This document shows, in pieces, positions 20,432 to 32,265 of a DNA stretch of 64,000 bases. A program made the position numbers and the translations under genes. The notes under the pieces were generated by a model. It had not been told where the DNA came from. It was given only the letters and a program-made list of their open reading frames with translations, and searched no databases. Source of the stretch: an uncultured bacterium (GTDB lineage Bacteria > Gemmatimonadota > Gemmatimonadetes > Longimicrobiales > RSA9); NCBI GenBank assembly GCA_937889645.1, contig CALBZE010000091.1:5672-69671 (forward strand), read 5' to 3'. The stretch's first letter is position 1, and the number at the start of each line of letters is the position of its first letter.

Positions 20432-21259
20432 ATGACCGCCTGGGCCGGACTCGCCCTCGCGTTGCGGCATCCGGACGAGGACGCGATGAATTCGCGGATG
20501 CCGACGTACGTCCACCCCCTGGCCGGCCGGCCCCTCGCCTGGCACGCGCTGCGCGCGCTCGCCAGCCTCGACCCGCTGCCCCGTGACCTCATCCTGCTGG
20601 CCGCCGCGCCGCTCAGCGAGGCGGTGATCCGCGACCTCCCCGCCCGGATCGTCGAAACCACGCCGGAAGAGTGGTGGCTCGCCGCCGATCGTTCGTTGAA
20701 TCGGTCGATCGAGCGCGTGCTGATCGTCGACGCCGCCGCGCCGACGCTCGGCCCCGCACTCCGGGCGCTCGTGGCCTCTCCGGAGGACGCCGCGGTCGTC
20801 GGATCTGCCGGTCCGCTGGCCGGCTGGTTCGGGCGCGATCGCCTCGCCGATCGCGCCGCCGGCGGGCTCGATGGGATCGTCCGCGACGTCGTCAACATCA
20901 CACCCGCGCCCGAGGAAGACTGCCTCGTCCGCGATCGCGCGGCGCTGGCTCGGGCCGCAGCCGTCGTCCGCGACCGGCTCGTCCGCGAGCTCATGGCCGC
21001 GGGCGCGACGTTTCTCCTCCCGGAAACCGTCCACGTCGACGTCGACGTCCGCGTCGGACCCGACACGGTGATCTACCCCGGCGTCGTCCTGGAGGGGAAC
21101 ACCACCATCGGCGCCGAGACCGTGATCGGTCCCGGATGTCGCGTCATCGACAGCTGGATCGGGAGCGGGGTCGAGCTCAAAGGGTGGAACTACGTCGTCG
21201 GCACGACCATTCGTAACCGTGCCGTGCTCGAGCCGTATGTCCGTCGTGGATTCGATTGA
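20432..21259 (+). CDS. Degenerate, C-terminally truncated GlmU-like protein
   Basis: MNSRMPTYVHPLAGRP resembles GlmU MxSxxPKVLHxxAGxP; ELMAAGATFLLPETVHVDVDVRVGPDTVIYPGVVLEG resembles the GlmU linker and first hexapeptide turns; the GxGTRM loop and the acetyltransferase C-terminus are absent. Confidence 0.7.
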   Translation: MTAWAGLALALRHPDEDAMNSRMPTYVHPLAGRPLAWHALRALASLDPLPRDLILLAAAPLSEAVIRDLPARIVETTPEEWWLAADRSLNRSIERVLIVDAAAPTLGPALRALVASPEDAAVVGSAGPLAGWFGRDRLADRAAGGLDGIVRDVVNITPAPEEDCLVRDRAALARAAAVVRDRLVRELMAAGATFLLPETVHVDVDVRVGPDTVIYPGVVLEGNTTIGAETVIGPGCRVIDSWIGSGVELKGWNYVVGTTIRNRAVLEPYVRRGFD

Positions 21260-21815
21260 CGCCGCGGCCGACGGCGTGCTCCCGCCGTGGGCCGAGGTCT
21301 CGCCGCCGAGGCGCGAGCATATCCGCCGCGTCGTTGCGCTCGTGGACTCGTGGGCCGTCGGGCTCGGCCTCGACGAAGCCGAACGCCGCCGTTGGCGGGC
21401 GGCCGCGTGGCTCCACGATTCGCTCCGCGACGCCGCGCCCGCCTCGCTCCGTCCACTCGTGCCCGACTGGGCGCGCGACCTGCCCGGCCCGCTCCTCCAC
21501 GGGCCCGCCGCGGCCGCCCGGCTCGATGCCGAGGGCGTGAAGGACCGAGAGGTCCTCGACGCCGTCGCCTATCACACGATCGGGCACCCCTCGCTCGGTC
21601 GGCTCGGCCGCGCCGTGTACCTGGCCGACTTCCTGGAGCCCGGCCGCACTTTCGAACCGGCCTTGCGCGCGTCGCTGCGCGCCCGCATGCCCGCCGGCTT
21701 CGACGTCGTGCTTCGGGAGGTCGTCGCCGCGCGCATCGAGCACCTCCTGCGGACCGGTCGGCCGATCCGGCCCGAGACCACGGCGTTCTGGAACGCGATC
21801 GCCGGAGGCGAATGA
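21237..21815 (+). CDS. yqeK: YqeK-family HD hydrolase (putative symmetrical Ap4A hydrolase)
   Basis: AWLHD, LLHGPAAA, AYHTIG, VYLADFLEPGR. Confidence 0.82.
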   Translation: MSVVDSIDAAADGVLPPWAEVSPPRREHIRRVVALVDSWAVGLGLDEAERRRWRAAAWLHDSLRDAAPASLRPLVPDWARDLPGPLLHGPAAAARLDAEGVKDREVLDAVAYHTIGHPSLGRLGRAVYLADFLEPGRTFEPALRASLRARMPAGFDVVLREVVAARIEHLLRTGRPIRPETTAFWNAIAGGE

Positions 21816-22321
21816 TGGCGCATAAGGTGAGGGTCGCGGCCGCCGTCGCGACCGTGATGATCGCCGTGCCGCTCGTGATCGCCGCCGTGGTCGCGGTGTT
21901 CCGCGACGACTCCGGCTCGGCGTCGGTCGCCGAGGCGCCCGCCACGGGCCGCGTCCGGGTCGAGGTCCTCAACGCCGCCGGCCGCGCCGGCCTCGCCCGC
22001 GAGGCCACGCGCCGACTCCGGGCCCGAGGATTCGACGTCGTCTACTTCGGCAATGCGGCGGAGTTCGGCAGGGATTCGTCCGTCGTTCTGGACCGCGTGG
22101 GCGACCTCAGGACGGCGCGCAGCGTCGCAGGCGCGCTCGGCATCCGCAACGTCGCCAGCGAACCCGATTCGTCGCGCCTCCTCGAGGTCTCCGTGGTCCT
22201 GGGGACGGACTGGCCGCCGGTCGAGAAATCGGCCAACCAGGGGCTTGGCGCCCGCATCCAGGCGCTGATCCGGCGAGCGCGGGGCGCGTCGGACGAGGCG
22301 CCCCGCGAGTCCGGCCGGTGA
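21812..22321 (+). CDS. LytR_C domain membrane-anchored protein
   Basis: N-terminal TM helix, then VEVLNAAGRAGLA...LRARGFDV..FGNA and VSVVLGTD. Confidence 0.85.
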   Translation: MMAHKVRVAAAVATVMIAVPLVIAAVVAVFRDDSGSASVAEAPATGRVRVEVLNAAGRAGLAREATRRLRARGFDVVYFGNAAEFGRDSSVVLDRVGDLRTARSVAGALGIRNVASEPDSSRLLEVSVVLGTDWPPVEKSANQGLGARIQALIRRARGASDEAPRESGR

Positions 22322-22427
22322 GGCTGCAGGGCCGGCCCGTCCGCTGAGGAGGACCGGGGCATACCGCTCGATGGGGTTGCCCGCGTGTCAGGCCAGTCGG
22401 ACCCGGCGTCCTGCGGGCCGGCGTCCG

Positions 22428-23555
22428 CTACCCCGTCGGCTCGGGCGCCCGACGCACCAGCTCCAGGAACGGCTTCGGCGGGCGCAACTCGTGCTCGGCC
22501 GCCAGCTGGCCGCACGCCGCGGCAATGTCCCGGCCCCGCGGGCTCCGCACGCTGACCGGCACGCCGCGATCTTCCAGGACCTTCGCGAAGCCGCGAATCC
22601 GGTCCGGCGGCGTCGGCCGCCAGTCGTTTCCCGGGATCGGGTTGTACGGGATGAGATTCACGTGACCGGTGAACTCGCTCACCAGCTCCGCCAGCTCGAC
22701 GGCCAGCTCCGGCGAGTCGTTCAATCCATCGATCATCACGTACTCGAACGTGATGCGGCGCCCGCCCGCCGCGTCGAACTTCCGCAGTGCGTCCAGCAGC
22801 TCCGGGAGCGGATGCTTCCGCTCGATCGGCACGATCTGCCGCCGCAGCTCGTGGTTCGGCGCGTGCAGCGACACGGCCAGGCGGAACTGCTCCGGACGCT
22901 CCGCCAGCTCGAGGATCCCCGGCACCACACCCACCGTCGAGACCGTCACGCGGCGCGCTCCGAACCCGTAGGCGCGGTTCAGCAGCGTGAGGGCGGGGAA
23001 GACCGCCTTCCGGTTCGCCAGCGGCTCGCCCATCCCCATGAACACCACGTTGGTGATCGGGCCGTACCCGTGCTCCGCCGCCCACCGCCGCGCACCCCGG
23101 AACTGCGCCACGATCTCGCCCGTCGTCAGCTGCCGACGGTAACCCGACCACCCCGTCGCGCAGAAGACGCACGCCATCGCGCACCCCGCCTGCGACGAGA
23201 TGCACAGCGTCAGACGGCCGTCGGCCGGGATGAGCACCGATTCGACCAGCTCCCCATCCGCTAGCCGCCAGAGATGCTTGACCGTCCCGTCCGCCGAGCG
23301 GGCAGTCCGGGCCGCATCCGGCGCGCACAGCCGGAACGACTCGGCCAACGCCGCCCGCTCCGCCGTCGGCAGGTCCGTCATCTCGTCGAAGCTCATGGCG
23401 TCCCGCTCGTACAGCCACGCCCGCGCCTGACGCACCCTGTACGGCGCCGCGCCCCTGGACGCGAAATGCTCGCCCAGCAGCCGCTCGAGCTCCTCGGGCT
23501 GCAGATCCAGCAGCTCCAACGCCTCGATCCCCGTCGTTTCCGTCTCGTCGACCAC
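22428..23555 (-). CDS. rlmN: Dual-specificity RNA methyltransferase RlmN (radical SAM)
   Basis: CISSQAGCAMACVFCATG, VFMGMGEP, LAVSLHA, FEYVM, VNLIPYN, DIAAACGQL; start uncertain (up to 23633). Confidence 0.95.
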   Translation of the reverse strand: MVDETETTGIEALELLDLQPEELERLLGEHFASRGAAPYRVRQARAWLYERDAMSFDEMTDLPTAERAALAESFRLCAPDAARTARSADGTVKHLWRLADGELVESVLIPADGRLTLCISSQAGCAMACVFCATGWSGYRRQLTTGEIVAQFRGARRWAAEHGYGPITNVVFMGMGEPLANRKAVFPALTLLNRAYGFGARRVTVSTVGVVPGILELAERPEQFRLAVSLHAPNHELRRQIVPIERKHPLPELLDALRKFDAAGGRRITFEYVMIDGLNDSPELAVELAELVSEFTGHVNLIPYNPIPGNDWRPTPPDRIRGFAKVLEDRGVPVSVRSPRGRDIAAACGQLAAEHELRPPKPFLELVRRAPEPTG

Positions 23556-23812
23556 TTCGTCCAGGCCCGCTTCCGTTCCGATCTGGATTGCCCCGCCAAG
23601 CTCGCGTCGCGCCGCGGCGACCGACCGCCGCACCCTCCCGCGATCGCCGTCGCCTCGCTACGTATCTCCGCAGCCCAGCCGGCCTATGGTACCCCGCCCG
23701 CCGGGCCGCGGTCCGGCCATCTCCATCTGCTTGATGCGCCTCTGGGTGGTCGTTAATTTTGCCGAATTGTGTATGATCCGAAACCCCAATGCGACTTTCT
23801 GCCGGTGTGCCC

Positions 23813-24271
23813 GTGCTGCTTTCGGATTTGATCACACCCGACCGGATCAAGATCCCGCTCGTCTCGCACGACAAGGATGAGCTGCTCCGCGAGCTCGTCG
23901 AGGTCGTCACGCGCGGCGGCGGGATCGATGACCCGGAAGACCTGCTTCGCGCCGTCCGCGAGCGTGAGGCGGTCCTGTCCACCGGGATCGGCAACGGCGT
24001 CGCGATCCCGCACGGCAAGTCGCCCGCCGTACCCGAATTGCGGATGGCGGCCGGCACCACCGCCGAGCCGGTCGACTTCGACGCGCTCGACGGCCAGCCC
24101 GTGCGGCTCTTCTTCCTCCTCGTCGGCCCCGAGAGCGCGGCCGGGCAGCATATCAAGGCCCTGAGCCGAATCTCGCGTCTGGTCCGCAGGGAGGATATAC
24201 GGTCCACGCTCCTCGCCGCGCGGAACGCGGAGGAGTTCTATCGCGCGCTACGGAACGCGGAAGGCGTGTGA
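23813..24271 (+). CDS. Stand-alone PTS EIIA (Ntr/fructose-type) protein
   Basis: REAVLSTGIGNGVAIPHGK with the phosphorylatable His; HIKALSRISRL. Confidence 0.9.
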   Translation: MLLSDLITPDRIKIPLVSHDKDELLRELVEVVTRGGGIDDPEDLLRAVREREAVLSTGIGNGVAIPHGKSPAVPELRMAAGTTAEPVDFDALDGQPVRLFFLLVGPESAAGQHIKALSRISRLVRREDIRSTLLAARNAEEFYRALRNAEGV

Positions 24272-24640
24272 GGACGCGGACAGGGTTGATCGCCTTCGTC
24301 CCCGCCCTCTGCTGGGCGGGCGTCGTGGCGTTCGTGGGCGGGATCGACGATCCGATTGGGCCGACGGTCGATCTGCCGATCGACAAGGTGGCCCATTTCT
24401 TCTTGTATGGCGTGCTCGGCGCGCTTGCGGCATGGGGCTGGCAACGTGCGGGTCGCCGGCCGGCCTGGTGGTGGCTCATCCTTGCCATCTGGCTGCTGGG
24501 GGCCTGGGATGAGTGGCGCCAGACGCGCATCTCGGGACGGTCCGCCGAGTTCGCGGATTGGGTGGCGGACGCTACCGGCGCTCTCACCGCGTTCGCAGTG
24601 ATCCGAGCGTTGGCAGGGATGGCAAGGGAAAGGGACGGCA

Positions 24641-26555
<1,915 letters not shown>

Positions 26556-26566
<11 letters not shown>

Positions 26567-27542
26567 CACGATTCAGCACAGACTGCCGGTCGAGGGCGCG
26601 GATTACCAGATCCTGGCCGGCATCAACGACGCGAACCTCCAGGAGCTGGCGCGCCTGACCTCGTGCCGGGTGATCCTGCGCGGCGACTACCTCGTCCTTT
26701 CCGGCGAGCTGGCGGACGTCGAGCGGGCGGTCCCGGCCGCGCAGCAGCTCGTCGACCTGGCTCGCCTCGGCACGGTCTTCGGCGTCGAGGAGGTGCGGCG
26801 CGCCGTCGCCGACGCCGGGATGAACGGGAAGTTCGAGGTCGTCGAGCACGGCCGCGAGCCGGAGGACCGGCGCCTCTTCTTCGGCGGATCGAAGAAGGTG
26901 ATCCAGCCGAAGTCCGAAGGCCAGGCCGCGTACCTCGACGCGATGGCGAAGAACGACATCGTCATCGCGATCGGGCCCGCAGGCACGGGGAAGACCTACC
27001 TGGCCGTCGCGATGGCGGTCGACATGCTCCGGAAGAACCGGGTCAAGCGGATCATCCTGGCCCGGCCGGCGGTCGAGGCGGGCGAGAACCTGGGCTTCCT
27101 CCCCGGCGACCTCCAGGAGAAGGTCGACCCGTATCTGCGGCCGCTCTATGACGCGCTCGAGGACATGATGCCCGCCGATTGGGTGCGACGCTCGATCGAG
27201 TCGCGGGTCATCGAGATCGCGCCGCTCGCCTACATGCGCGGCCGCACGCTGTCGGACGCGTTCGTGATCCTCGATGAGGCCCAGAACGCGACGACGGCGC
27301 AGATGAAGATGTTCCTCACGCGGTTGGGGCTCAACTCGCGGACCGTGATCACGGGGGACAAGACACAGATCGACCTGCCGCGGCAGGAAGACTCCGGGCT
27401 GCTCCAGGTCGAGCGCATCCTCCAGGGGATCGACGGGATCCGCTTTGTCTATCTCGACGGCGTCGACGTGGTGCGTCACCGGCTGGTCAAGGAGATCATC
27501 CAGGCGTACAACGCCGCCGACGAGGAGCGATCGGAGCGATAG
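26556..27542 (+). CDS. phoH: PhoH-family ATPase (YbeZ type)
   Basis: GPAGTGKT, RPAVEAGENLGFLPG, APLAYMRGRTL, DEAQN, TGDKTQIDL, DVVRHRLV. Confidence 0.95.
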
Positions 27543-27543
27543 C

Positions 27544-29796
27544 GTGAACGAACGGTTCGGGGTGAGAGACGCGATTCGCACGCTGAGCGGCAAGCCCGAC
27601 CGGGTTTGGCCGGCGGGCGTGCTGCATCACGGCAGCCGGGCGCTGCTCCTGGTGCTGCTCGCCTTCTTCGCGCAGCTGCTCTTCCCGGTCGCGCCGGTCC
27701 CCGACTTCCCGGTCCTCGAGATCGGGATGGTGGCGGAGGAGGACGTCATCGCGCAGGTCGGCTTCCCGATCTACAAATCGGATGCCGAGCTCGCGCGCGA
27801 GCGTGCTGATGCCGCAGCGACGGTCGAGCCGATCTTCGAGTTCACGCCGGCGGCGATGGACACCATGCTCGCCCGCGTGCGCGTCTTTTTCGGCCAGATC
27901 GACAGCGTGGCCACGGCGGGCGGCGACGAGACGGTGGCCGGCGCGGGCGTGCGGTCCGTGCTCCGTTCATACGCGCTCCCGACCTCGGACCCGGTCGTCG
28001 ACGTCCTGCTCTCGGCTCGCCGTCGCGCGGAGCTCGTGCGCGCCGTCGAGCGGGCCGTACAGCTCGATCTTCCGGCCGGGGTGGCGTCGGCCCGAGAGCT
28101 CGAGGAGAACCCGGGCTCGAAGATCCGCCTCCGCCGCGACGGGCGGAACCTGCTGCTCGATCGCGACTCCGTCATGACGACGCCGCGCTTCATCGAGCGA
28201 GCGGCGCGGCACCTCCCGGGCGGCGTCGGCGCCGAGCAGGCGGAGCTGCATCGTCTGATCCTGATCCGCTTCTTCGAGCCGAGCGTTCGTCTCGACCGCG
28301 AGGCGACGGAGGCCGCGCGCGAGCGTGCACGTCGGGCGGTTCCGGAGATCAAGGGCGAGGTCCTGAAGGGGGAGAAGATCGTCGGCGCGCACGAGCCGAT
28401 CCGCGCCGCAGAGCTCGAGCGGCTCGAGGCATACCGTGACCACCTCGCCCGCATCGGCGGTACGGAGGAGGGCGTGGCCAGCTTCGGCCGCTCGGCCGGG
28501 CTCTTCATCTACAACCTGGCCGTGCTGTCCGTCTTCGGCCTCCTGCTGTTCTATTACCGGCCATCCGTCTACAGGGACTTCCGGCACGTCCTGCTGATCG
28601 GGCTCCTGATCGCCGCGTTCGTCGGCGGCGCGGCGCTGGTGTCGGCCAATGCCTGGCCGTCGGAGCTGATCCCGATCGCGTTCCCCGCGCTCGTCGTGGC
28701 GGCGCTCTGGGATGGGCGAATGGCGCTCAACCTCTCGCTCATCCTGGCCATCCTCCTGGCCGGCCAGACGCCGTTCCTCGGGGTGTCTACCCTCTTCACG
28801 CTGGTCATGGGCGGGGCGGCGGCGTCGCTCGGCGCGCGCGTCGCCCGGCGTCGCTCGAACACATGGGCGTACATCGCGATCATCGCCGGCGCGTACGTCG
28901 TCGCGGCGCTCGCGCTGGGGCTGCTCCGTTCACGCGGGGCGCCCGAGATCGTCGCCGCGGCGTTCTGGGGCACCGTCAACGCGGTCGCAAGCGCGCTCAT
29001 CGCGGTCGGGTTCCTGCCGCTGTTCGAGTCGTTCACGCGGATCACGACCGAACAGACGCTCCTCGAGCTGACCGACATGAACCACCCGCTGCTCCAGCGG
29101 CTGCAGCGTGAGGCGGCCGGCACCTTCGCCCACTCGCTCAACGTCGCGAACCTGGCCGAGGTCGCCGCGCGCGCGATCGATGCGAATGCGCTCCTCACCC
29201 GTGTCGGCGCGTACTTCCACGATATCGGGAAGATGCTGAAGCCGCAGTACTACATCGAGAACCAGCCGCACGGGCGGAACCCGCACGACAAGTTGAAGCC
29301 GGCCACGTCCGCGTCGATCGTTCGCGCGCACGTTACCGACGGCCTGAAGATGGCCGAGGAAGCGAAGCTGCCGGACAGCGTCAAGGCGTTCATCGCCGAG
29401 CACCACGGCACGCAGCTGATCAGCTTCTTCTACGAGAAGGCCCGCGAGCTCGACCCGACGTCCGAGCCCGACGTGCGGGACTTCTCCTACCCGGGCCCGC
29501 GGCCGCAGTCGCGCGAGACGGCGATCGTCATGCTGGCCGACTCGGTCGAATCCGCGGCTCGCGTCCTCCCGGACCCGACGCCGGATCGGATACGTGCGCT
29601 GGTCGACCGCATCGTCGAGTCGAAGATCGCCCAGCGGCAGCTCGACGAGGCGCCCCTCACCTTCGGCGAACTCTCCCGCATCAAGGAGCAGTTCGTGGCC
29701 GGGCTCTCGGGCATCTACCATCAGCGGATCGATTACCCGACGGTCCGCGAAGAGGCGGACTCGTCCACGGTGCCCGCCGCCGGTCGCAGCAGTTGA
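27544..29796 (+). CDS. 7TM-HD membrane phosphohydrolase (PgpH/YqfF type, putative c-di-AMP phosphodiesterase)
   Basis: Extracytoplasmic domain, about 7 TM helices, then GTFAHSLNVANLAE, YFHDIGK, EHHGT, YPGPRPQSRE, MLADSVE; phoH-HD-ybeY order as in Firmicutes. Confidence 0.88.
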   Translation: MNERFGVRDAIRTLSGKPDRVWPAGVLHHGSRALLLVLLAFFAQLLFPVAPVPDFPVLEIGMVAEEDVIAQVGFPIYKSDAELARERADAAATVEPIFEFTPAAMDTMLARVRVFFGQIDSVATAGGDETVAGAGVRSVLRSYALPTSDPVVDVLLSARRRAELVRAVERAVQLDLPAGVASARELEENPGSKIRLRRDGRNLLLDRDSVMTTPRFIERAARHLPGGVGAEQAELHRLILIRFFEPSVRLDREATEAARERARRAVPEIKGEVLKGEKIVGAHEPIRAAELERLEAYRDHLARIGGTEEGVASFGRSAGLFIYNLAVLSVFGLLLFYYRPSVYRDFRHVLLIGLLIAAFVGGAALVSANAWPSELIPIAFPALVVAALWDGRMALNLSLILAILLAGQTPFLGVSTLFTLVMGGAAASLGARVARRRSNTWAYIAIIAGAYVVAALALGLLRSRGAPEIVAAAFWGTVNAVASALIAVGFLPLFESFTRITTEQTLLELTDMNHPLLQRLQREAAGTFAHSLNVANLAEVAARAIDANALLTRVGAYFHDIGKMLKPQYYIENQPHGRNPHDKLKPATSASIVRAHVTDGLKMAEEAKLPDSVKAFIAEHHGTQLISFFYEKARELDPTSEPDVRDFSYPGPRPQSRETAIVMLADSVESAARVLPDPTPDRIRALVDRIVESKIAQRQLDEAPLTFGELSRIKEQFVAGLSGIYHQRIDYPTVREEADSSTVPAAGRSS

Positions 29797-30251
29797 TGGG
29801 GATCGACATCCGGGTCGACGCGACCGCGGTCGGGAGCGCGGACGCCCTTCCCGGGGCCGAGGCGCTAGCGGCGCTCCTCGAACGGGCGGTCCGGTCCGTG
29901 CTCGACGCCCACGGCGTCCGTAGCGCCGAGATCTCCGTCGCTCTGCTCGACGACGCCGCGATCGCCGGGATGAACCGGGAGTTCCTTTCGCACGAGGGGC
30001 CGACCGACGTCATCTCGTTCGAGCTCGGCGTCGTGGGGGACGCGACGGTCGGCGACATCTACATCGGTTGGGAGCAGGCGATGCGTCAGGCGGCGGCGCT
30101 GGGCGTCGAGCCCCGCGAAGAGCTCGCGCGCCTCGCCGTCCACGGCACGCTTCACGTGCTCGGGTACGATCACCCGGAGGGAGAGGAAAGGGAAGAGAGC
30201 GAGATGTGGCAGCGCCAGGAAGCCATCCTTCGGGAGGTGCTCGCGCGATGA
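29796..30251 (+). CDS. ybeY: rRNA maturation endoribonuclease YbeY
   Basis: NREF..PTDVISF, GDIYI, HGTLHVLGYDH zinc motif. Confidence 0.95.
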   Translation: MGIDIRVDATAVGSADALPGAEALAALLERAVRSVLDAHGVRSAEISVALLDDAAIAGMNREFLSHEGPTDVISFELGVVGDATVGDIYIGWEQAMRQAAALGVEPREELARLAVHGTLHVLGYDHPEGEEREESEMWQRQEAILREVLAR

Positions 30252-30871
30252 ACTGGGCCGTTGTCAAGCGTCGCCTGATCGCCGGGCTCGTCGTGATCGC
30301 GCCCGTCACGATCACCGCGGTCGTGCTCTGGTGGATCTTCCAGAGCCTGGACGGCCTGCTCGGCAATTTCATCTACCCGGCGATAGGCGTCGACATCCCG
30401 GGGCTGGGCCTGCTCCTCCTGATCGTCGTCCTCCTCGCCGTCGGATGGCTCGCCGAGCGCACCGTCGGCGCCAGGATCGTCGCGTGGTGGCACACGCTCC
30501 TCGAGCGTTTCCCGCTCACGCGCCGGCTCTACACCGCGTCGCATCGGATCGTCCGTACGGTGTTCGGCGAGGAGAAGCGGTTCTTCCGCGAGGTCGTGCT
30601 CGTGGAGTACCCCGCGCACGGGCGCTGGTCCATCGGGTTCCTCACCTCGAACGCGCCCGATGACATACGCGACGCCGTCGGCGACGGCGTGGTCGTGTTC
30701 ATCCCGACGACGCCCAACCCGACCACCGGGTTCCTGGTCGTCGTGAGCCGCGACGACGTGCGGCCGCTTCCGTGGACGCTCGAGCAGGCGTTCACCTTCA
30801 TCCTTTCGGCGGGCGGGGTTTCGCCCGAATTGCAGGCGACCGAAGCGGGGATCGGGAAAGCCGACGCATGA
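30248..30871 (+). CDS. DUF502 family membrane protein
   Basis: Two N-terminal TM segments, VLVEYP, VFIPTTPNPTTGFL. Confidence 0.9.
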   Translation: MNWAVVKRRLIAGLVVIAPVTITAVVLWWIFQSLDGLLGNFIYPAIGVDIPGLGLLLLIVVLLAVGWLAERTVGARIVAWWHTLLERFPLTRRLYTASHRIVRTVFGEEKRFFREVVLVEYPAHGRWSIGFLTSNAPDDIRDAVGDGVVVFIPTTPNPTTGFLVVVSRDDVRPLPWTLEQAFTFILSAGGVSPELQATEAGIGKADA

Positions 30872-32265
30872 GCACCGTCGAGACTGTGGGTCTCCCGGAA
30901 GATCGTGGCATCCGCCCCGAGCACGTTCACGATCTGCTCGAGGCCGGGGAGACCGAGCATCTCGCCGAGCTGCTCTCCGACCTGCACCCGAGCGACCTCG
31001 CCGACCTGCTGAACGAGCTGGACGACGACGATCGCGTCGCCCTGCTCGACCTCCTCCCGGCGGACATCGCCTCCGAGACGCTGGCCGAAATGGCCACGGA
31101 GGAGCACCCCGCCGAGCTCCTGACGGCCCTCGGCCCCGAGCGCGTCGGCGAGCTCGTCGCCGAGCTGCCGGACGACGACGCCGTCGATCTGATCCGCCAC
31201 CTCGAGCCCGAGGAGCAGGCCCGCATCCTCGCCTCGCTGCCCCGCCTCGAGGCCGGCACGCTGCGCAAGCTCCTCCAGTACGACGAGGAGTCGGCGGGCG
31301 GCATCATGACGACCGAGCTCGTCGCCGTCTCCGTGCACCTCACCGCGGCCGAGGCGATCGAGGAGGTGCGGCGGCAGGCGCACGAGCTCGGCGGCGAGTT
31401 CTACGCGATCTTCGTCGTCGACCTGCTCCGGCGTCTCCTCGGCACCGTCTCGATCCAGGAGCTGGTCCTTGCCGACCCCAGGACGCCGCTCCGCGACCTC
31501 GTCGAGCCGCCGGTCGCCACCGTGACCGTCGACACCGACCAGGAGGAGGTCGGCCGCATCATCGCGCGCTACAACATCCCCTCCGTCCCGGTCGTCGGCC
31601 CGGACAACGTCCTCCTCGGCCGGATCACGTGGGACGACGTGATCGACGTCATCGAGGCCGAGCAGACGGAGGACATCCTCCGCCTGGGCGGCGTCGTCTC
31701 GGAGGAGGAGGTCCGCGGCACGTGGCACGAGGCCGTTCGCAGCCGTCTGCCGTGGCTGTTCGTCAACCTGTTCACCGCGGCCATCGCCGCGTCCGTCGTC
31801 GGGATCTTCCTCCCCACGATCGAGAGCTTCGCCGTGCTCGCCGTGATCATGCCGATCATCGCCGGGATGGGCGGCAACTCGGGCACCCAGACGCTCGCCG
31901 TGACCGTGCGTCGACTCGCGCTCACGCACGAGAGCGACGCGCGCCGCTGGGGCGTCGTCGGCAAGGAGCTGCTCGTCGGGCTCGTCAACGGCGCGGCGCT
32001 CGGCGGCTTCGTGGCCGCCGCGAGCTACTTCCTCGGCATCGTCGCTCCGGAGTACTGGCCCGCCACGCCGATGCTCGGCCTCGTCGTGCTCTTCGCCATG
32101 TGGGGCAACCTGATCGTTGCCTCGCTCGCCGGCGCGTTCGTGCCGATCCTCCTCGAGCGCCTGGGCGTGGATCCTGCCATCGCGTCGTCGATCTTCGTGA
32201 CGACGTTCACCGACCTGGCAGGATTCTTCTTCCTCCTCGGCCTCGCGTCGCTGCTGCTCCTATGA
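30868..32265 (+). CDS. mgtE: Magnesium transporter MgtE
   Basis: MgtE_N repeats, YDEESAGGIMTTE with CBS pair, RSRLPWL, AGMGGNSGTQ, DPAIASSIFVTTFTD. Confidence 0.96.
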   Translation: MSTVETVGLPEDRGIRPEHVHDLLEAGETEHLAELLSDLHPSDLADLLNELDDDDRVALLDLLPADIASETLAEMATEEHPAELLTALGPERVGELVAELPDDDAVDLIRHLEPEEQARILASLPRLEAGTLRKLLQYDEESAGGIMTTELVAVSVHLTAAEAIEEVRRQAHELGGEFYAIFVVDLLRRLLGTVSIQELVLADPRTPLRDLVEPPVATVTVDTDQEEVGRIIARYNIPSVPVVGPDNVLLGRITWDDVIDVIEAEQTEDILRLGGVVSEEEVRGTWHEAVRSRLPWLFVNLFTAAIAASVVGIFLPTIESFAVLAVIMPIIAGMGGNSGTQTLAVTVRRLALTHESDARRWGVVGKELLVGLVNGAALGGFVAAASYFLGIVAPEYWPATPMLGLVVLFAMWGNLIVASLAGAFVPILLERLGVDPAIASSIFVTTFTDLAGFFFLLGLASLLLL

